Positions 1 to 12,599 are shown, numbered from the stretch's first letter. The stretch: 64,000 nucleotides of DNA from Escherichia coli (GCF_013122565.1 NZ_CP053258.1); one strand, 5' to 3'. The notes: generated by a model not told the origin, from the sequence alone. A program made the numbers and translations.

Positions 1-201
1 GCGGATCAGTACGCCGTCTGCCACTAAGTCGCTGATGGCTTTGCGAATGGTAATGCGGCTGACGTTATATTGTGTACAAAGCTCGTTTTCGGTAGGGATC
101 TGTTGCCCGGCCTGGTAAACCCCCTGCGCGATATCATCCAGCAGCCGCTGGCGGACGGTAGCGTAGAGGAGTTGATGAGAGTAGCGGTCCGTAGCTGACA
201 T
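1..201 (-). CDS. frlR: GntR-family transcriptional regulator FrlR, N-terminal 67 codons (gene runs off the window start)
   Basis: Reverse-complement of 1..201 translates in frame from ATG (199..201) as MSATDRYSHQLLYATVRQRLLDDIAQGVYQAGQQIPTENELCTQYNVSRITIRKAISDLVADGVLIR, a GntR winged-helix N-terminus; sits directly downstream of frlD as in the frl operon. Confidence 0.85.
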   Translation of the reverse strand, partial: MSATDRYSHQLLYATVRQRLLDDIAQGVYQAGQQIPTENELCTQYNVSRITIRKAISDLVADGVLIR

Positions 202-266
202 AATCGACCCTGAAATAAAGAATGAATTACTCGGATTATAGGGTCGTTTTCCGGCAAGTAACAGCA

Positions 267-294
267 CGTTGGCGTGAAGATGCTCACGCCAACG
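267..294. other. Perfect 11-bp stem-loop (cgttggcgtga / tcacgccaacg, 6-nt loop) between frlD stop and frlR start
   Basis: Inverted repeat read directly from sequence; no adjacent U-tract on either strand. Confidence 0.6.
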
Positions 295-300
295 TTATAC

Positions 301-1086
301 CTACCAGGCACCGTGGTACTGAATGGTTTTCGCCGCGCACGCCGTTCCCTGCGCCATCGCCTGCGGTAATGTCATCCCCGCAGACCAGCCGCAAAGGAAT
401 CCGGCAATGAACGAATCTCCGGCACCCATGGTGTCGATAACCGTCACCGGTTCAGGAGCCTGACGCCAGAACTGCGCGCCATCCCAGGCAATGCTGCCGT
501 TTTCACCCAGCGTGACAATCACTGTTCCTGCGCCACGGGCAACAATCGCTTTCATCTTCAGACGCAGCGCTTCGTCTTCTTGCGGTGCGGAGGCAAAGGC
601 AAAATCGAGATGCGGCACCAGTGTCTGCCAGAGCGGGCTGTCCCACTTGTCGGAGAAGTCGAAAGCGGTAAGTTTGCCCGCAGCGTGCAGCTGTGGGAAT
701 GCGTCTTCCGCATGTCCCCAGATTGCGGCGTGCACAATGTCATACTGCGCCAGCCAGGCGTAATCCTCTTCACTCAGGGCAAAGTCGGCCATCACGCCTT
801 CGGTGTAGTCGCCAAAAACGCGATCATTGTCGTGCAGTTCCACCTGAGTTTGTGCGGTAACGCCGTGTTTCGTATGGACATGGCTGATATCGACGCCCAT
901 GCGGGCGAGATCCTGCTTCAGCTTTGTGCCGTAGTCATCGTCACCCACCCAGGTAATGCATCCCGGCTGTATGCCGTAGCGAGTGCAGTACACCGCCACA
1001 TTGACCGCATTACCGCCAGAAAACGCTTTATTCAGTTGCGGGTAGATATCGACGCAGTTATCGCCGATTGTCGCCAGGGTTTTCAT
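301..1086 (-). CDS. frlD: Fructoselysine 6-kinase (PfkB-family sugar kinase)
   Basis: 261-aa ORF-track protein with PfkB ribokinase-like features; position in frl operon. Confidence 0.93.
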
Positions 1087-1913
1087 CTCTCATCCTCCGG
1101 CAGCAGCGCGCGAAAGCGTTCCAGCGCCTGGCGGGCATAGAGTCTGGGCTCGTTCATATACATCGTCACCAGCTCCACCGTACAGTAACCCTCATAGCCC
1201 CGCTCAATAATATCGCGCATCAGTTCCCGCAGCGGCATTTTGCCTTCTCCAGGAATGTAATGCGTGTCGCTGGCCCCGTCGCTGTCGACAATATGCAGAT
1301 GACGTAATTTATCGCCCAGTTTGTCGAAATAACTCATCACCGGTTCCGCCTGAACATACGGCGCGCAAATGTCGACCATGCTGAACAGGCGCGGCGAAGG
1401 CACCAGCGCCAGCGCATGAAGCACATCATTAGCATTACACACGACGTTCGATTCATACGGCGTTAACGGTTCGAGGATTAGATCCATGCCGATGTTTTCC
1501 GCGTACTCACACAGTTCGCTTAGGTTCTCTGCCAGCCGTCCCCAGATAACATTAGGTGGCGTGAGATAGCCCGCATGGGCCGCGGAAATCAGCGTATAAC
1601 CCGCGTTCATCTCTTTTGCCATATCCATCGCCAGCTTGATCATGTCGAGGCTTTCGCGACGCATATGTTCATCGCCCAGCATCATGTTATACGGATAGCC
1701 GTTGGTTTCTGGCGTATAGCCGATAATCGGCATCTGATACGTCTGCGCCAGCGCCTTGATTTGTTTGATGCCGCCCGCTTTTAAGTCCGGCGCGAACGCG
1801 TGCGGGCGACCGCCCCAAATTTCGATGCCGTCGTAACCCAGCTCGCTTGCATCACGAAATGCGTGTTCAATAGGCAGCCGCTGGTGGCCGCAGGTAAACA
1901 TACCTGTTTTCAT
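1083..1913 (-). CDS. frlC: Fructoselysine 3-epimerase (TIM-barrel sugar-phosphate isomerase/epimerase family)
   Basis: ORF-track frame 1083..2000; start placed at internal ATG (MKTGMF, 276 aa) which has a GGAG Shine-Dalgarno and avoids a 38-nt overlap with frlB. Confidence 0.88.
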
Positions 1914-1962
1914 CGGGTAACTCCTTGCGTAAATCCGGCCCGTTGCCGGGCCGGGAGAGGGA

Positions 1963-2985
1963 TTAATATTCCACCAGACCACCGTAATAGCGGCGTTCAT
2001 CCGGGTTGTGATCTTTGTAAATAGACAGGTAGTAGCAGAGCCACTCCATTGGCACGAACATCAGGAACGGTGCCAGCCACGGGTGCAGCCCTTGCGAAAT
2101 TTCGGCGTAATCGATGACGATCACGTTGTCAGTACGCTGTTTAACAAAGTTAATGGCGCGTTCGGTGGTGTGGCGACTTTCATCATTGCCGAGCAGGAAC
2201 AGGAACGGAACGCCCGGTTCGACAATCTCCAGCGGGCCATGGCGGAACTCTCCGCTCTCAATCACGCAGCCGTGCGTCCAGGTAAATTCCATCAGCGTTA
2301 CAATGCCTTCTTTGTAACCCAGCGGACGCAGCGGACCCGCAGCAACGGTATAAATCATCGGCCACTGGCTGGCCAGTTCACCAAGCTGGCGGCCTTTTTC
2401 TTCCCAGGTGCGTACCAGATGACCGAGCGCATTCGGCAACTGCTTGAGATCGTTTTTGATCTTGCCGATTTCCGCGTTCGGCGCGAGGCGGGTGATCATC
2501 TCCAGCACCACGCTGTAGCAGAGCAGCAGGTGAATTTCCCAGATACAGTCGGCCTGATAATCAATGCTAAATTCCGCCGCCGAGGTAATCGGGCTGTCCG
2601 CGCGTTTGGTGAACGCCGCAGTGAGTGCGCCGCAGGCCCGGCCCAGCTCCAGCGCTTTGATTACCTCTTCCGTTTTACCGTAGTCAGAAACGCCAATCAC
2701 CGCGCAACGATCGTCGAGGCGATACGGGGTGTTATCGCAGAACTCCCAGCCGGAAATGGCGTAGACCTGAAGATCGGAAAAGCGATCCGCCAGATGTTTC
2801 GCCGTTTGCGCCGCGTTGAGTGGCGAGCCGCAGGCAACGAAATAAATACGATCAATGTCGCGCTTCACCATCTCTTCCACGATGGCGTGCACCAGCGGAA
2901 CGTCATGGCTGAGAACTTTTTCCACTTCCTGAACCATATTTTCGGTGACCAGAAAGTCCACGGTGCTTTTATCAATATCCAACAT
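1963..2985 (-). CDS. frlB: Fructoselysine-6-phosphate deglycase (SIS-domain protein)
   Basis: ORF-track frame 1963..3006; start placed at ATG 2985 (MLDIDKST, 340 aa) preceded by GGAG at about 8 nt; first ATG lacks an SD. Confidence 0.88.
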
Positions 2986-3005
2986 TTTATTTTCTCCAGA
3001 TAACA

Positions 3006-4394
<1,389 letters not shown>

Positions 4395-4560
4395 TTAAAA
4401 GGTAACATGACAATGCATGATGAATATAACAACATATGATGTTATGTAATGTGGAGGAAGATCACATAATTTCGCACAGGATCGCGCTGTGGCTGATGAA
4501 TGTGGTTATCCAATTGAAATTAAAGTGAAAATATTTTTACGGGTGGGGAGCAAGAAGGAT

Positions 4561-4598
4561 ATAGAAACAAATACGCCCTCGGAAAATCCAGAGGGCGT
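4561..4598 (-). terminator. Intrinsic terminator downstream of yhfL
   Basis: 8-bp stem acgccctc/gagggcgt with 10-nt loop, followed on the minus strand by auuuguuucu. Confidence 0.6.
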
Positions 4599-4638
4599 CA
4601 GGCAATTAAACCGGTGTTAGCCGATTTCTGTCAGAGAC

Positions 4639-4806
4639 TTACTGTGCAGTAGGACCGCAACCGCCAATGATTTTAGAAATAGAAATTGCCGGGTGCAGCA
4701 GGTAGTCGTAAGAGCAGTTCTTATCACGGTTTTCAATATGACCAGTACATGCAGTTAACGTAGCCAGTACCGCACCTACCAGTGCAACTTTAATAAATTT
4801 GTTCAT
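4639..4806 (-). CDS. yhfL: Small lipoprotein YhfL (55 aa)
   Basis: Own translation MNKFIKVALVGAVLATLTACTGHIENRDKNCSYDYLLHPAISISKIIGGCGPTAQ; signal peptide with lipobox LTAC; below ORF-track length cutoff. Confidence 0.8.
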   Translation of the reverse strand: MNKFIKVALVGAVLATLTACTGHIENRDKNCSYDYLLHPAISISKIIGGCGPTAQ

Positions 4807-5020
4807 TTACATTCCCTATGTATTATATATTGATTAATATTCATTGATTGTATGAATATAAGTAGACTGCTCATTAAGAACGATACAGGAATATTTAATC
4901 GGCGTCAGTGAGTGAATGACTTAATTTTGTAAGTCGCTGTAACGGTGAATATAACCCATTAGCAGATAATATTTATTAAGGGGTTATGTTTTTATCTGCT
5001 GAATATATAAAGAGAGTTGT

Positions 5021-5048
5021 AAACGAAAAAGGCCAGAATTCTCTGGCC
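5021..5048 (-). terminator. Intrinsic terminator downstream of cysG
   Basis: Stem ggccag/ctggcc (loop aattctc) followed on the minus strand by uuuuucguuu. Confidence 0.7.
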
Positions 5049-5057
5049 CTGATTAAA

Positions 5058-6431
5058 TTAATGGTTGGAGAACCAGTTCAGTTTATCGCGCAGGCCAACA
5101 ACCCGACCAATAATAATTAATGATGGACTGTTCATTTGCTGCGCCAGTTCGCCCAGTTGTGTGAGCGTACCGTCAATCACGCGCTGCGTGACTGCTGTTC
5201 CGTTTTCGACAATTGCCACCGGCATTTCGCCAGGCATACCGTGTTCAATCAGCTTTTGCTGAATGGTCGCGGCCTGATTCAGCCCCATATAGAACACCAG
5301 CGTCTGTTTTTCTGCCGCCAGGTTTTCCCAGTCCAGCTCGCCACCGGTTTTTAAGTGTCCGGTAATTAAGCGTACGCTCTGGGCATAATCGCGATGCGTG
5401 AGCGGAATACCCGAATAGGCAGAGCAACCAGAAGCTGCGGTAATACCCGGAACCACCGAGAACGGAATACCCGCGTTGCACAGTGTTTCCAGCTCTTCGC
5501 CACCACGGCCAAAAATAAACGGATCGCCACCTTTCAGCCGCACCACGCGTTTGCCTTTTTGCGCTTCCCGCAGCAGGATCTGGTTAATCTCTTCCTGCGG
5601 TACGCAGTGGTATCCCGCGCGTTTGCCGACGAAAACGCGATCAGCATCGCGGCGTACCAGATTCATAATATCGTCAGAAACCAGACGGTCGTAGACCACC
5701 ACATCTGCCTGCTGAATTTGTTGCAGACCCTTCAGTGTCAGCAGCCCGGCATCGCCCGGACCTGCACCAACCAGCACCACTTCACCGCGATGGTCGAGCG
5801 GTTCGTTGATTAACTGTTCGGTCGTTTCAGTAATGGCTTTCTGATCGTTGTTTGCCAGCGACTGCGCCAGGCGGTCGTTAACAAACAATTTCTCCCAGAA
5901 ACGGCGACGCTCACCCATCGTGGCGAACTGTTGTTTCACTCGACCGCGTAATTGCCCGGCGTATTTCGCTACCTGGCCCAGATGTAACGGTAGCAGTGAT
6001 TCAAGTTTTTCGCGTAACAGGCGCGCCAGAACCGGAGAGGTCCCGCCAGAGGAGACCGCGACCATTAGCGGTGAGCGGTCAATAATCGACGGCATAATAA
6101 AGCTGGCGGCTTTCGGCGCATCGACCACGTTACAGAAGATGCGACGAGCTTCAGCGGCTTCGCTGACGCGCTGGTTAAGCGCGTCATCATCCGTCGCTGC
6201 AATCGCCAGCCAGCAGGTGTCGAGAAGGCTTTCATCAAATGGCCCTTCGACGAGGGTTAACATGCCTGCATCTGCCCATGCGGTGAACTGTGGAATAAAC
6301 GCTAATGCATTCACCGTTAAGCGAGCACCTGCGTCTAACAGCAACCTTGCTTTGCGTTCCGCGACATCACCACCGCCGACAATCAGACAGTCGCGATCGC
6401 GTAATTGGCAAAATATAGGCAAATGATCCAC
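5058..6431 (-). CDS. cysG: Siroheme synthase (uroporphyrinogen-III methyltransferase / precorrin-2 dehydrogenase / ferrochelatase)
   Basis: 457-aa ORF-track protein; N-terminal Rossmann GGGDVA and C-terminal SUMT methyltransferase region; GTG start. Confidence 0.95.
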
Positions 6432-6449
6432 GTAAAAACCCCTTAGTAA

Positions 6450-7256
6450 TTAACCGGCAGCCGTTTCAGTTTGATTAAATTTGTCCGCAACCGGACGATT
6501 CGCTTTCGGCGTAGCATACCAATAACCCAATCCCATGAATACGGCACCTGATAAAGTATTACCCAGCGTCACCCACAGCAGGTTATGACCAATACCCGCC
6601 AGCGTGTAGGCTTCGCTGTGGTTGCCGAACCAGGAGAGCGCGAACAGCGTCATGTTAGCGATGGAGTGCTCGTAGCCGGACGCGATAAATGCCAGCAGAC
6701 ACCACCAGATTGCGATAAATTTCGCCGCCCCTTCAGTGCGCAGCGCCATCCAGATTGCCAGACAAACCAGCCAGTTACACAATGCACCTTTGAAGAACAG
6801 TACCATTGCCGGCGCAGTGGTTTTAGCCAGCGCGACGGAGTGAACGATGCTGGTATCTACCGGCAGCAGGCTACCGCCACCCCAGCTATAGAGCATGGCA
6901 ACGAAGACGGAACCGACCAGGTTACCCAGCCAGGTTTGCGGCAGGATTGCCCACATTTGCCCGTGGCTGATGGTGCCCGCTTTCACCCCAAAGGTGAGGA
7001 ACATGGTGTGTCCGGTGAACAGTTCAGAACCGGCGATAATCACCAGCGTTAAAGCGATACCAAAGGTCGCGCCCATCACCAAAGGGCGTACGGATGGATC
7101 GAGCAAATTACCGAGCGTAAAAATCAGGATGATCCCAAGACCCACATACGCGCCCGCCATAGCGGAGCTGACCCAAAAGCCGAGCGGGTTATTTGCCGAC
7201 AGGCGTGCAATGCGCGCAGCGTTAGCCGCACACTTATTAATAGTGTCTGTAAACAT
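6450..7256 (-). CDS. nirC: Nitrite transporter NirC (formate/nitrite transporter family)
   Basis: 268-aa ORF-track polytopic membrane protein in the nirBDC-cysG operon context. Confidence 0.95.
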   Translation of the reverse strand: MFTDTINKCAANAARIARLSANNPLGFWVSSAMAGAYVGLGIILIFTLGNLLDPSVRPLVMGATFGIALTLVIIAGSELFTGHTMFLTFGVKAGTISHGQMWAILPQTWLGNLVGSVFVAMLYSWGGGSLLPVDTSIVHSVALAKTTAPAMVLFFKGALCNWLVCLAIWMALRTEGAAKFIAIWWCLLAFIASGYEHSIANMTLFALSWFGNHSEAYTLAGIGHNLLWVTLGNTLSGAVFMGLGYWYATPKANRPVADKFNQTETAAG

Positions 7257-7344
7257 TTGATTATCCTTTAAAAAATAAAAACAAAAAATAAAACAAAAAG
7301 TTTAAAAAATGTCCTGCAATATACCGAAGATTATTACAGGACCA

Positions 7345-7372
7345 TGCAAAAAGGGGAGGCATTGCGCCTCCC
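7345..7372 (-). terminator. Terminator-like hairpin with U-run between nirD and nirC (possible internal attenuator)
   Basis: 7-bp GC-rich stem gggaggc/gcctccc, loop gcaau, followed on the minus strand by cuuuuug and then a roughly 50-nt U-rich tract (7262..7310). Confidence 0.5.
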
Positions 7373-7381
7373 GTTAAAACA

Positions 7382-7708
7382 TTAACCGCGCAGCTGCACC
7401 ACGCCGTCTTTCACTCGCGCTTCGTAATGTTTGACGGAAAACTGTTCGTCTTCCATGCACAAGCCATCACTTAAGCGAAAACGCTGTTTTTTCAGCGGGC
7501 TGGCGACCCACAGCTCGCCCTGGTGTTCCGCAATCAGCCCGCGTGACAGCACGCTGGACTCGAAGAACGGGTCGATGTTGCTGATCGCAAACACCTGGTC
7601 GCTGTGATACGGGCGGAAAATTGCTACCTGCTCGTCACCTAACAGCGCGCAGACGCCGGTTTCAGGCAGGATGTCATCGATTTTGCAGATGTCTTTCCAC
7701 TGGCTCAT
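7382..7708 (-). CDS. nirD: Nitrite reductase (NADH) small subunit (Rieske-like)
   Basis: 108-aa ORF-track protein; start ATG at 7708 overlaps the nirB stop codon. Confidence 0.95.
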   Translation of the reverse strand: MSQWKDICKIDDILPETGVCALLGDEQVAIFRPYHSDQVFAISNIDPFFESSVLSRGLIAEHQGELWVASPLKKQRFRLSDGLCMEDEQFSVKHYEARVKDGVVQLRG

Positions 7709-10248
7709 GCGTTGTCCTCCACCAGAGTTACCGGGATACGTTCATACGGCGTTGCCGGACGGTGCTGTTCGCGCTCTGGCACCATCTGTACGTTCGGGTC
7801 ACGCTTGTCGCTGTTGATGAAGTGTTTGAAGCGAGTCTGCGCAGACGGCGTATTGACCGTTTCAGTCCACTCACACACTACCGCTTCACGCAGGCGCGCC
7901 ATCTCTTCTTCCAGATGTGCGTTCAGCCCCAGTTTGTCGTCAATGATCACCGCTTTCAGGTAATCGATGCCGCCTTCGAGGTTTTCTAACCACGGCGCGG
8001 TACGCGTCAGTTTGTCGGCGGTACGGATGTAGAACATCATGAAGCGGTCGAGATATTTGATCAGCGTTTCGCGATCGATATCCGCCGCCAGCAGATCCGC
8101 ATGACGCGGTTTCATGCCGCCGTTACCGCAAACATACAGGTTCCAGCCTTTTTCGGTGGCGATAATACCCACGTCTTTACCCTGAGCTTCTGAACATTCA
8201 CGGGTACAGCCGGAGACACCGAACTTCATTTTGTGCGGCGTACGGATGCCTTTGTAGCGGTTTTCCAGTTCCACGCCGAGGCCCACGCTGTCGCCCACGC
8301 CGTAGCGGCACCAGGTGCTACCCACGCAGGTTTTCGCCATACGCAGTGCTTTCGCATAGGCATGACCGGTTTCGAAACCGGCTTCAATCAGCTGACGCCA
8401 GATTTCCGGCAGATCGTCTTTCTGTGCGCCAAACATCGCCAGGCGCTGGGAGCCGGTGATTTTGGTGTAGAGATTAAATTCACGCGCGATACGACCCACT
8501 GCCATCAGCCCTTCCGGGGTGATTTCACCGCCCGGAGAGCGCGGGATCACCGAGTAGGTGCCGTCTTTCTGGATGTTAGCGAGGAAGTTGTCGTTAGAAT
8601 CCTGCAGCGGAGTATGTTCCGGCTTCAGAATGTATTCGTTCCAGCAGGAGGCCAGCAACGAACCGACGGTCGGTTTACAAACTTCACAACCGTAACCTTT
8701 GCCGTGTTTCGCCAGCAGTTCTTCGAAGGTTTTAATGCCTTCAACGCGGATCAAATGGAACAGTTCCTGACGCGAATAAGCAAAGTGTTCGCACAGGTTG
8801 TTGTTAACTTCGATGCCCTGTTTCGCCAGTTCCGCGTTCAGTACCTGAGTAACCAGCGGGATACAGCCACCGCAGCCAGTACCCGCTTTGGTTTCGGCTT
8901 TCAGCGCCGCAACGGTGTGACAGCCTTTGTTGATGGCAGCAATCAGATCACCTTTGGTGACGTCGAAGCAGGAGCAGATTTGCGCGCTGTCCGGCAGTTT
9001 ATCAACACCGATAGACGACTTACCGCTACCCGAGTGCGCTGGCAGGATCAGGGAATCCGGGTTTTCCGGCAGCTCGATAGCATTCAGCACCAGTTGCAGC
9101 AGGTTGCCGTAGTCGCTGGTATCGCCCACCAGTACCGCACCGAGCAGGGTTTTGTTGTCTTCGCTGACAATAAGGCGTTTGTAGATCTCTTTGCTTTCGT
9201 CGAGGTAAACGTAGCTACGTGCGCCTGGTGTGCGACCGTGCGCATCACCAATACCGCCTACGTCTACGCCCAGCAGTTTCAGCTTGGCGCTAAGGTCAGC
9301 ACCTTCAAAGGCGTTTTCGCTACCGAGAATATGGTCAACGGCGACCTGCGCCATTTTGTAGCCAGGTGCTACCAGACCAAATACACGGTTGTTCCAGCTT
9401 GCGCATTCACCGATGGCGTAGATATCCGGATCGGAAGTCTGGCAGGAATCATTAATGACAATACCCCCACGCGGAGCTACGTCCAGACCACACTGGGTTG
9501 CCAGCTTATCGCGCGGACGGATACCGGTAGAGAAGACGATAAAGTCGACTTCCAGTTCGCTGCCGTCGGCAAAACGCATGGTTTTACGCGCTTCGACACC
9601 TTCCTGCACAATCTCAAGGGTGTTTTTGCTGGTGTGAACGCGCACGCCCATACTTTCGATTTTGCGACGCAGCTGCTCGCCACCCATCTGATCAAGCTGT
9701 TCCGCCATCAGCATAGGGGCAAATTCGATAACGTGGGTTTCAATACCTAAGTTTTTCAGCGCGCCAGCGGCTTCCAGACCTAACAGGCCGCCACCAACAA
9801 CGGCACCGCGTTTGCTGCGACGGGCGCAGGATTCAATGGCGTTGAGGTCTTCAATAGTGCGATAGACAAAGCAGTCCTGAGTATCAGAACCTTTGATTGG
9901 CGGGATCCACGGGTAGGAACCGGTCGCCATGATCAGCTTGTCATAAAAAACGGTGCGCCCGGCGCTGGAGTGAATCACCTTCTCCTGACGGTTGATGGTG
10001 ATAGCGCGTTCGCCGACCAGAACTTTGATGCCGTGTTTCTCGTAGAAGCCTTCGCGCACCAGCGACAGCTCTTCGGCGGTGTGGTGAGAGAAGTAAGACG
10101 AGAGGTGTACGCGGTCATAAGCGATGCGCGGTTCTTCACAGAAAACGGTAATATCAAAGTTGGCCGCATCAGATTTATCAAGAAGATCTTCGATAAAGCG
10201 ATGGCCGACCATACCGTTACCGATAATTGCGAGTCTGACTTTGCTCAT
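7705..10248 (-). CDS. nirB: Nitrite reductase (NADH) large subunit (FAD/NAD-binding, siroheme/4Fe-4S)
   Basis: 847-aa ORF-track protein; N-terminal AIIGNGMVGHRF dinucleotide-binding motif. Confidence 0.96.
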   Translation of the reverse strand: MSKVRLAIIGNGMVGHRFIEDLLDKSDAANFDITVFCEEPRIAYDRVHLSSYFSHHTAEELSLVREGFYEKHGIKVLVGERAITINRQEKVIHSSAGRTVFYDKLIMATGSYPWIPPIKGSDTQDCFVYRTIEDLNAIESCARRSKRGAVVGGGLLGLEAAGALKNLGIETHVIEFAPMLMAEQLDQMGGEQLRRKIESMGVRVHTSKNTLEIVQEGVEARKTMRFADGSELEVDFIVFSTGIRPRDKLATQCGLDVAPRGGIVINDSCQTSDPDIYAIGECASWNNRVFGLVAPGYKMAQVAVDHILGSENAFEGADLSAKLKLLGVDVGGIGDAHGRTPGARSYVYLDESKEIYKRLIVSEDNKTLLGAVLVGDTSDYGNLLQLVLNAIELPENPDSLILPAHSGSGKSSIGVDKLPDSAQICSCFDVTKGDLIAAINKGCHTVAALKAETKAGTGCGGCIPLVTQVLNAELAKQGIEVNNNLCEHFAYSRQELFHLIRVEGIKTFEELLAKHGKGYGCEVCKPTVGSLLASCWNEYILKPEHTPLQDSNDNFLANIQKDGTYSVIPRSPGGEITPEGLMAVGRIAREFNLYTKITGSQRLAMFGAQKDDLPEIWRQLIEAGFETGHAYAKALRMAKTCVGSTWCRYGVGDSVGLGVELENRYKGIRTPHKMKFGVSGCTRECSEAQGKDVGIIATEKGWNLYVCGNGGMKPRHADLLAADIDRETLIKYLDRFMMFYIRTADKLTRTAPWLENLEGGIDYLKAVIIDDKLGLNAHLEEEMARLREAVVCEWTETVNTPSAQTRFKHFINSDKRDPNVQMVPEREQHRPATPYERIPVTLVEDNA

Positions 10249-10306
10249 TTTTGCCTCGATTTCTTTTCTATTACCGCCTACCTTAACGATTCAGCAACCC
10301 CGCTTA

Positions 10307-10320
10307 TTGATGTAAATCAA
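10307..10320 (-). promoter_or_regulatory. FNR binding site of the nirB promoter (TTGAT-N4-ATCAA)
   Basis: Perfect consensus ttgatgtaaatcaa centred about 65 bp upstream of the nirB ATG. Confidence 0.8.
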
Positions 10321-10333
10321 ATTCACCTTTATA

Positions 10334-10349
10334 TACTCCTTAAGGGGTA
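10334..10349 (-). promoter_or_regulatory. NarL/NarP 7-2-7 heptamer pair of the nirB promoter
   Basis: tactcct-ta-aggggta inverted heptamers; centre lies 28 bp upstream of the FNR site centre, matching a -41.5/-69.5 arrangement. Confidence 0.75.
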
Positions 10350-10509
10350 TATTGCTGATTTGTATAAATTTTCTTAAGTCACGGAATTGTCTGACATTTC
10401 ATGTTTGTGCAAAAAATAGACAAAATGAACGGGTTTACAGAAATAGATGCACGTAGCGGGGTAAGAGAGGAAAAGGCCGGACGACGATAGTGCCGTCCGG
10501 CATGAGCAA

Positions 10510-11691
10510 TTAATGAGAGGTCAGGGTGTTATGCTGACGGTGACGGCTGACGAAACCTAACAGGAAGCACATCACAAAGACGACAGCGTACAGACCGTTT
10601 GCTGTAAGCAGCGCCGCCTGCGGACCGCTATGTTCAACAATCGGGCCGGTAACCACAAAGGTCAACATAGTACCGATGGTCCCGCAGGTCAGGACAAAGT
10701 TAACCAGTTTTGGCGACGGTACTTTGGTCTGCTGTGAACCCAGGGTGATGATGGTGGTATAGATCGCGCTGGAGAAGAAGCCCAGGGCGAGAATTGACCA
10801 CGCCATATGTGCCGGTGTTCCGGTGTTAAAGACGTACATCAGAATCGCAGCCAGACCAGCCAGTACGGTCAGAATGCGCTGCAAATCAAAGAAGCGAAGA
10901 ATAAAGCTGAACGCCCACATGCCGACCATGTATGACATCCAGAAGTTACTCACCAGCGTGCCCGCGTCGTTCAGGCTCATGCCCAGGCCTTTGGCATACT
11001 CAGGCACCCAGGAGATAAAACCTAACTGACCGAGGATGTAGCACAGCGCCGCAACAGAGAGAAACAGTACGCCGATCCCCCACTTTTCTTTCTCTACCGG
11101 AGCATCCGTTTTTGGCGCATGTTTGCCCAGCGCCGGGAACTCACACCCGAAGGTCAGAATAAAAATAGCGACATACACCAGCCCGATGCAGGCATAAACC
11201 CAGTACCACTCAATGCTGCGCGCCAGTAGAAACGCGGCGATCATTGGGAAAATCATCCCAGCCATACTGAAGAAGGAGTCGGTAAATAACAGGCGGGAAC
11301 CGCGCTGACGCCCTTCATACATTTGTGTTACCAGGAATGTACCAATCGACATGGTGATGCCGCTGACCACCCCGAGAATGAACATCGCCGCCGAGAACAG
11401 CGCCAGGCTGTGGCTGAACATCAAACCGGCAACCGCCAGCACCATCAGGAGAAAGCCAAAACGTAACTGCGTTTTCAACGGGACGATTTCCATCAGCCAG
11501 GCGTTGAGGAAGATAGAGATTAAAATGCCGGCGTTGAGGAAGGTGAAGGTATTACTCATACTGGAAACAGGCAGATTGAAATAATCGGCGATATTTCCCA
11601 TCACCATCCCGGTGACAATAACCAACGCACCGGTCAGTGCGTAGGAGAGAAAGCTAATCCATGTGAGCTTGATGCGATTGCTGTTAGTCAT
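10510..11691 (-). CDS. tsgA: MFS-family transporter TsgA
   Basis: 393-aa ORF-track polytopic membrane protein. Confidence 0.92.
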
Positions 11692-11813
11692 GATTGGCCT
11701 GCGTTCAAAAATAAAATGGCATAGCGGGATATGCCGCGAGCGGGCGATTTTAGGCGATTTTGTGATCTGATTAAATGTTTTATTGCAATCGGTTGCTAAA
11801 TTGCATTTTAAGA

Positions 11814-11829
11814 GGTGATTTTGATCACG
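11814..11829. promoter_or_regulatory. CRP-type site (gGTGA-N6-TCACg) in the tsgA/ppiA divergent region
   Basis: Near-consensus palindrome ggtgattttgatcacg read from sequence; a weaker second site lies near 11759..11776. Confidence 0.55.
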
Positions 11830-11952
11830 GAATAAAAAGTGATCGTCAGGTTACATATATTTCAGATACGTAAAATTAGGTAAAGGGATGGCCTTGTTCT
11901 TGAAGGCTATTTAGAATCTCTTCACTTGCTTTTTTTCTGCTCTGTTTGTTAA

Positions 11953-12534
<582 letters not shown>

Positions 12535-12543
12535 TGATTTCTC

Positions 12544-12570
12544 GCGCGGGCAATCTTGCCCGCGCTTCTG
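12544..12570 (+). terminator. Intrinsic terminator downstream of ppiA
   Basis: Stem gcgcgggcaa / ttgcccgcgc followed by ttctgctct. Confidence 0.6.
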
Positions 12571-12599
12571 CTCTCCCGGCGTAACCCGGATTTGCCGCT

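Noticed and set aside
24-311. 95-aa ORF on the minus strand spanning the frlD-frlR junction
   Set aside because: Out of frame with the real frlR reading frame, which gives a clean GntR N-terminus from ATG 201; this frame is a by-product.
8233-9750. 505-aa ORF on the plus strand
   Set aside because: Lies entirely antisense to nirB; low-complexity translation with no motifs; typical stop-codon-poor antisense frame of a well-adapted gene.
9970-10377. 135-aa plus-strand ORF crossing the nirB start and promoter
   Set aside because: Overlaps the nirB N-terminus antisense and runs through the FNR/NarL sites; no RBS; not coding.
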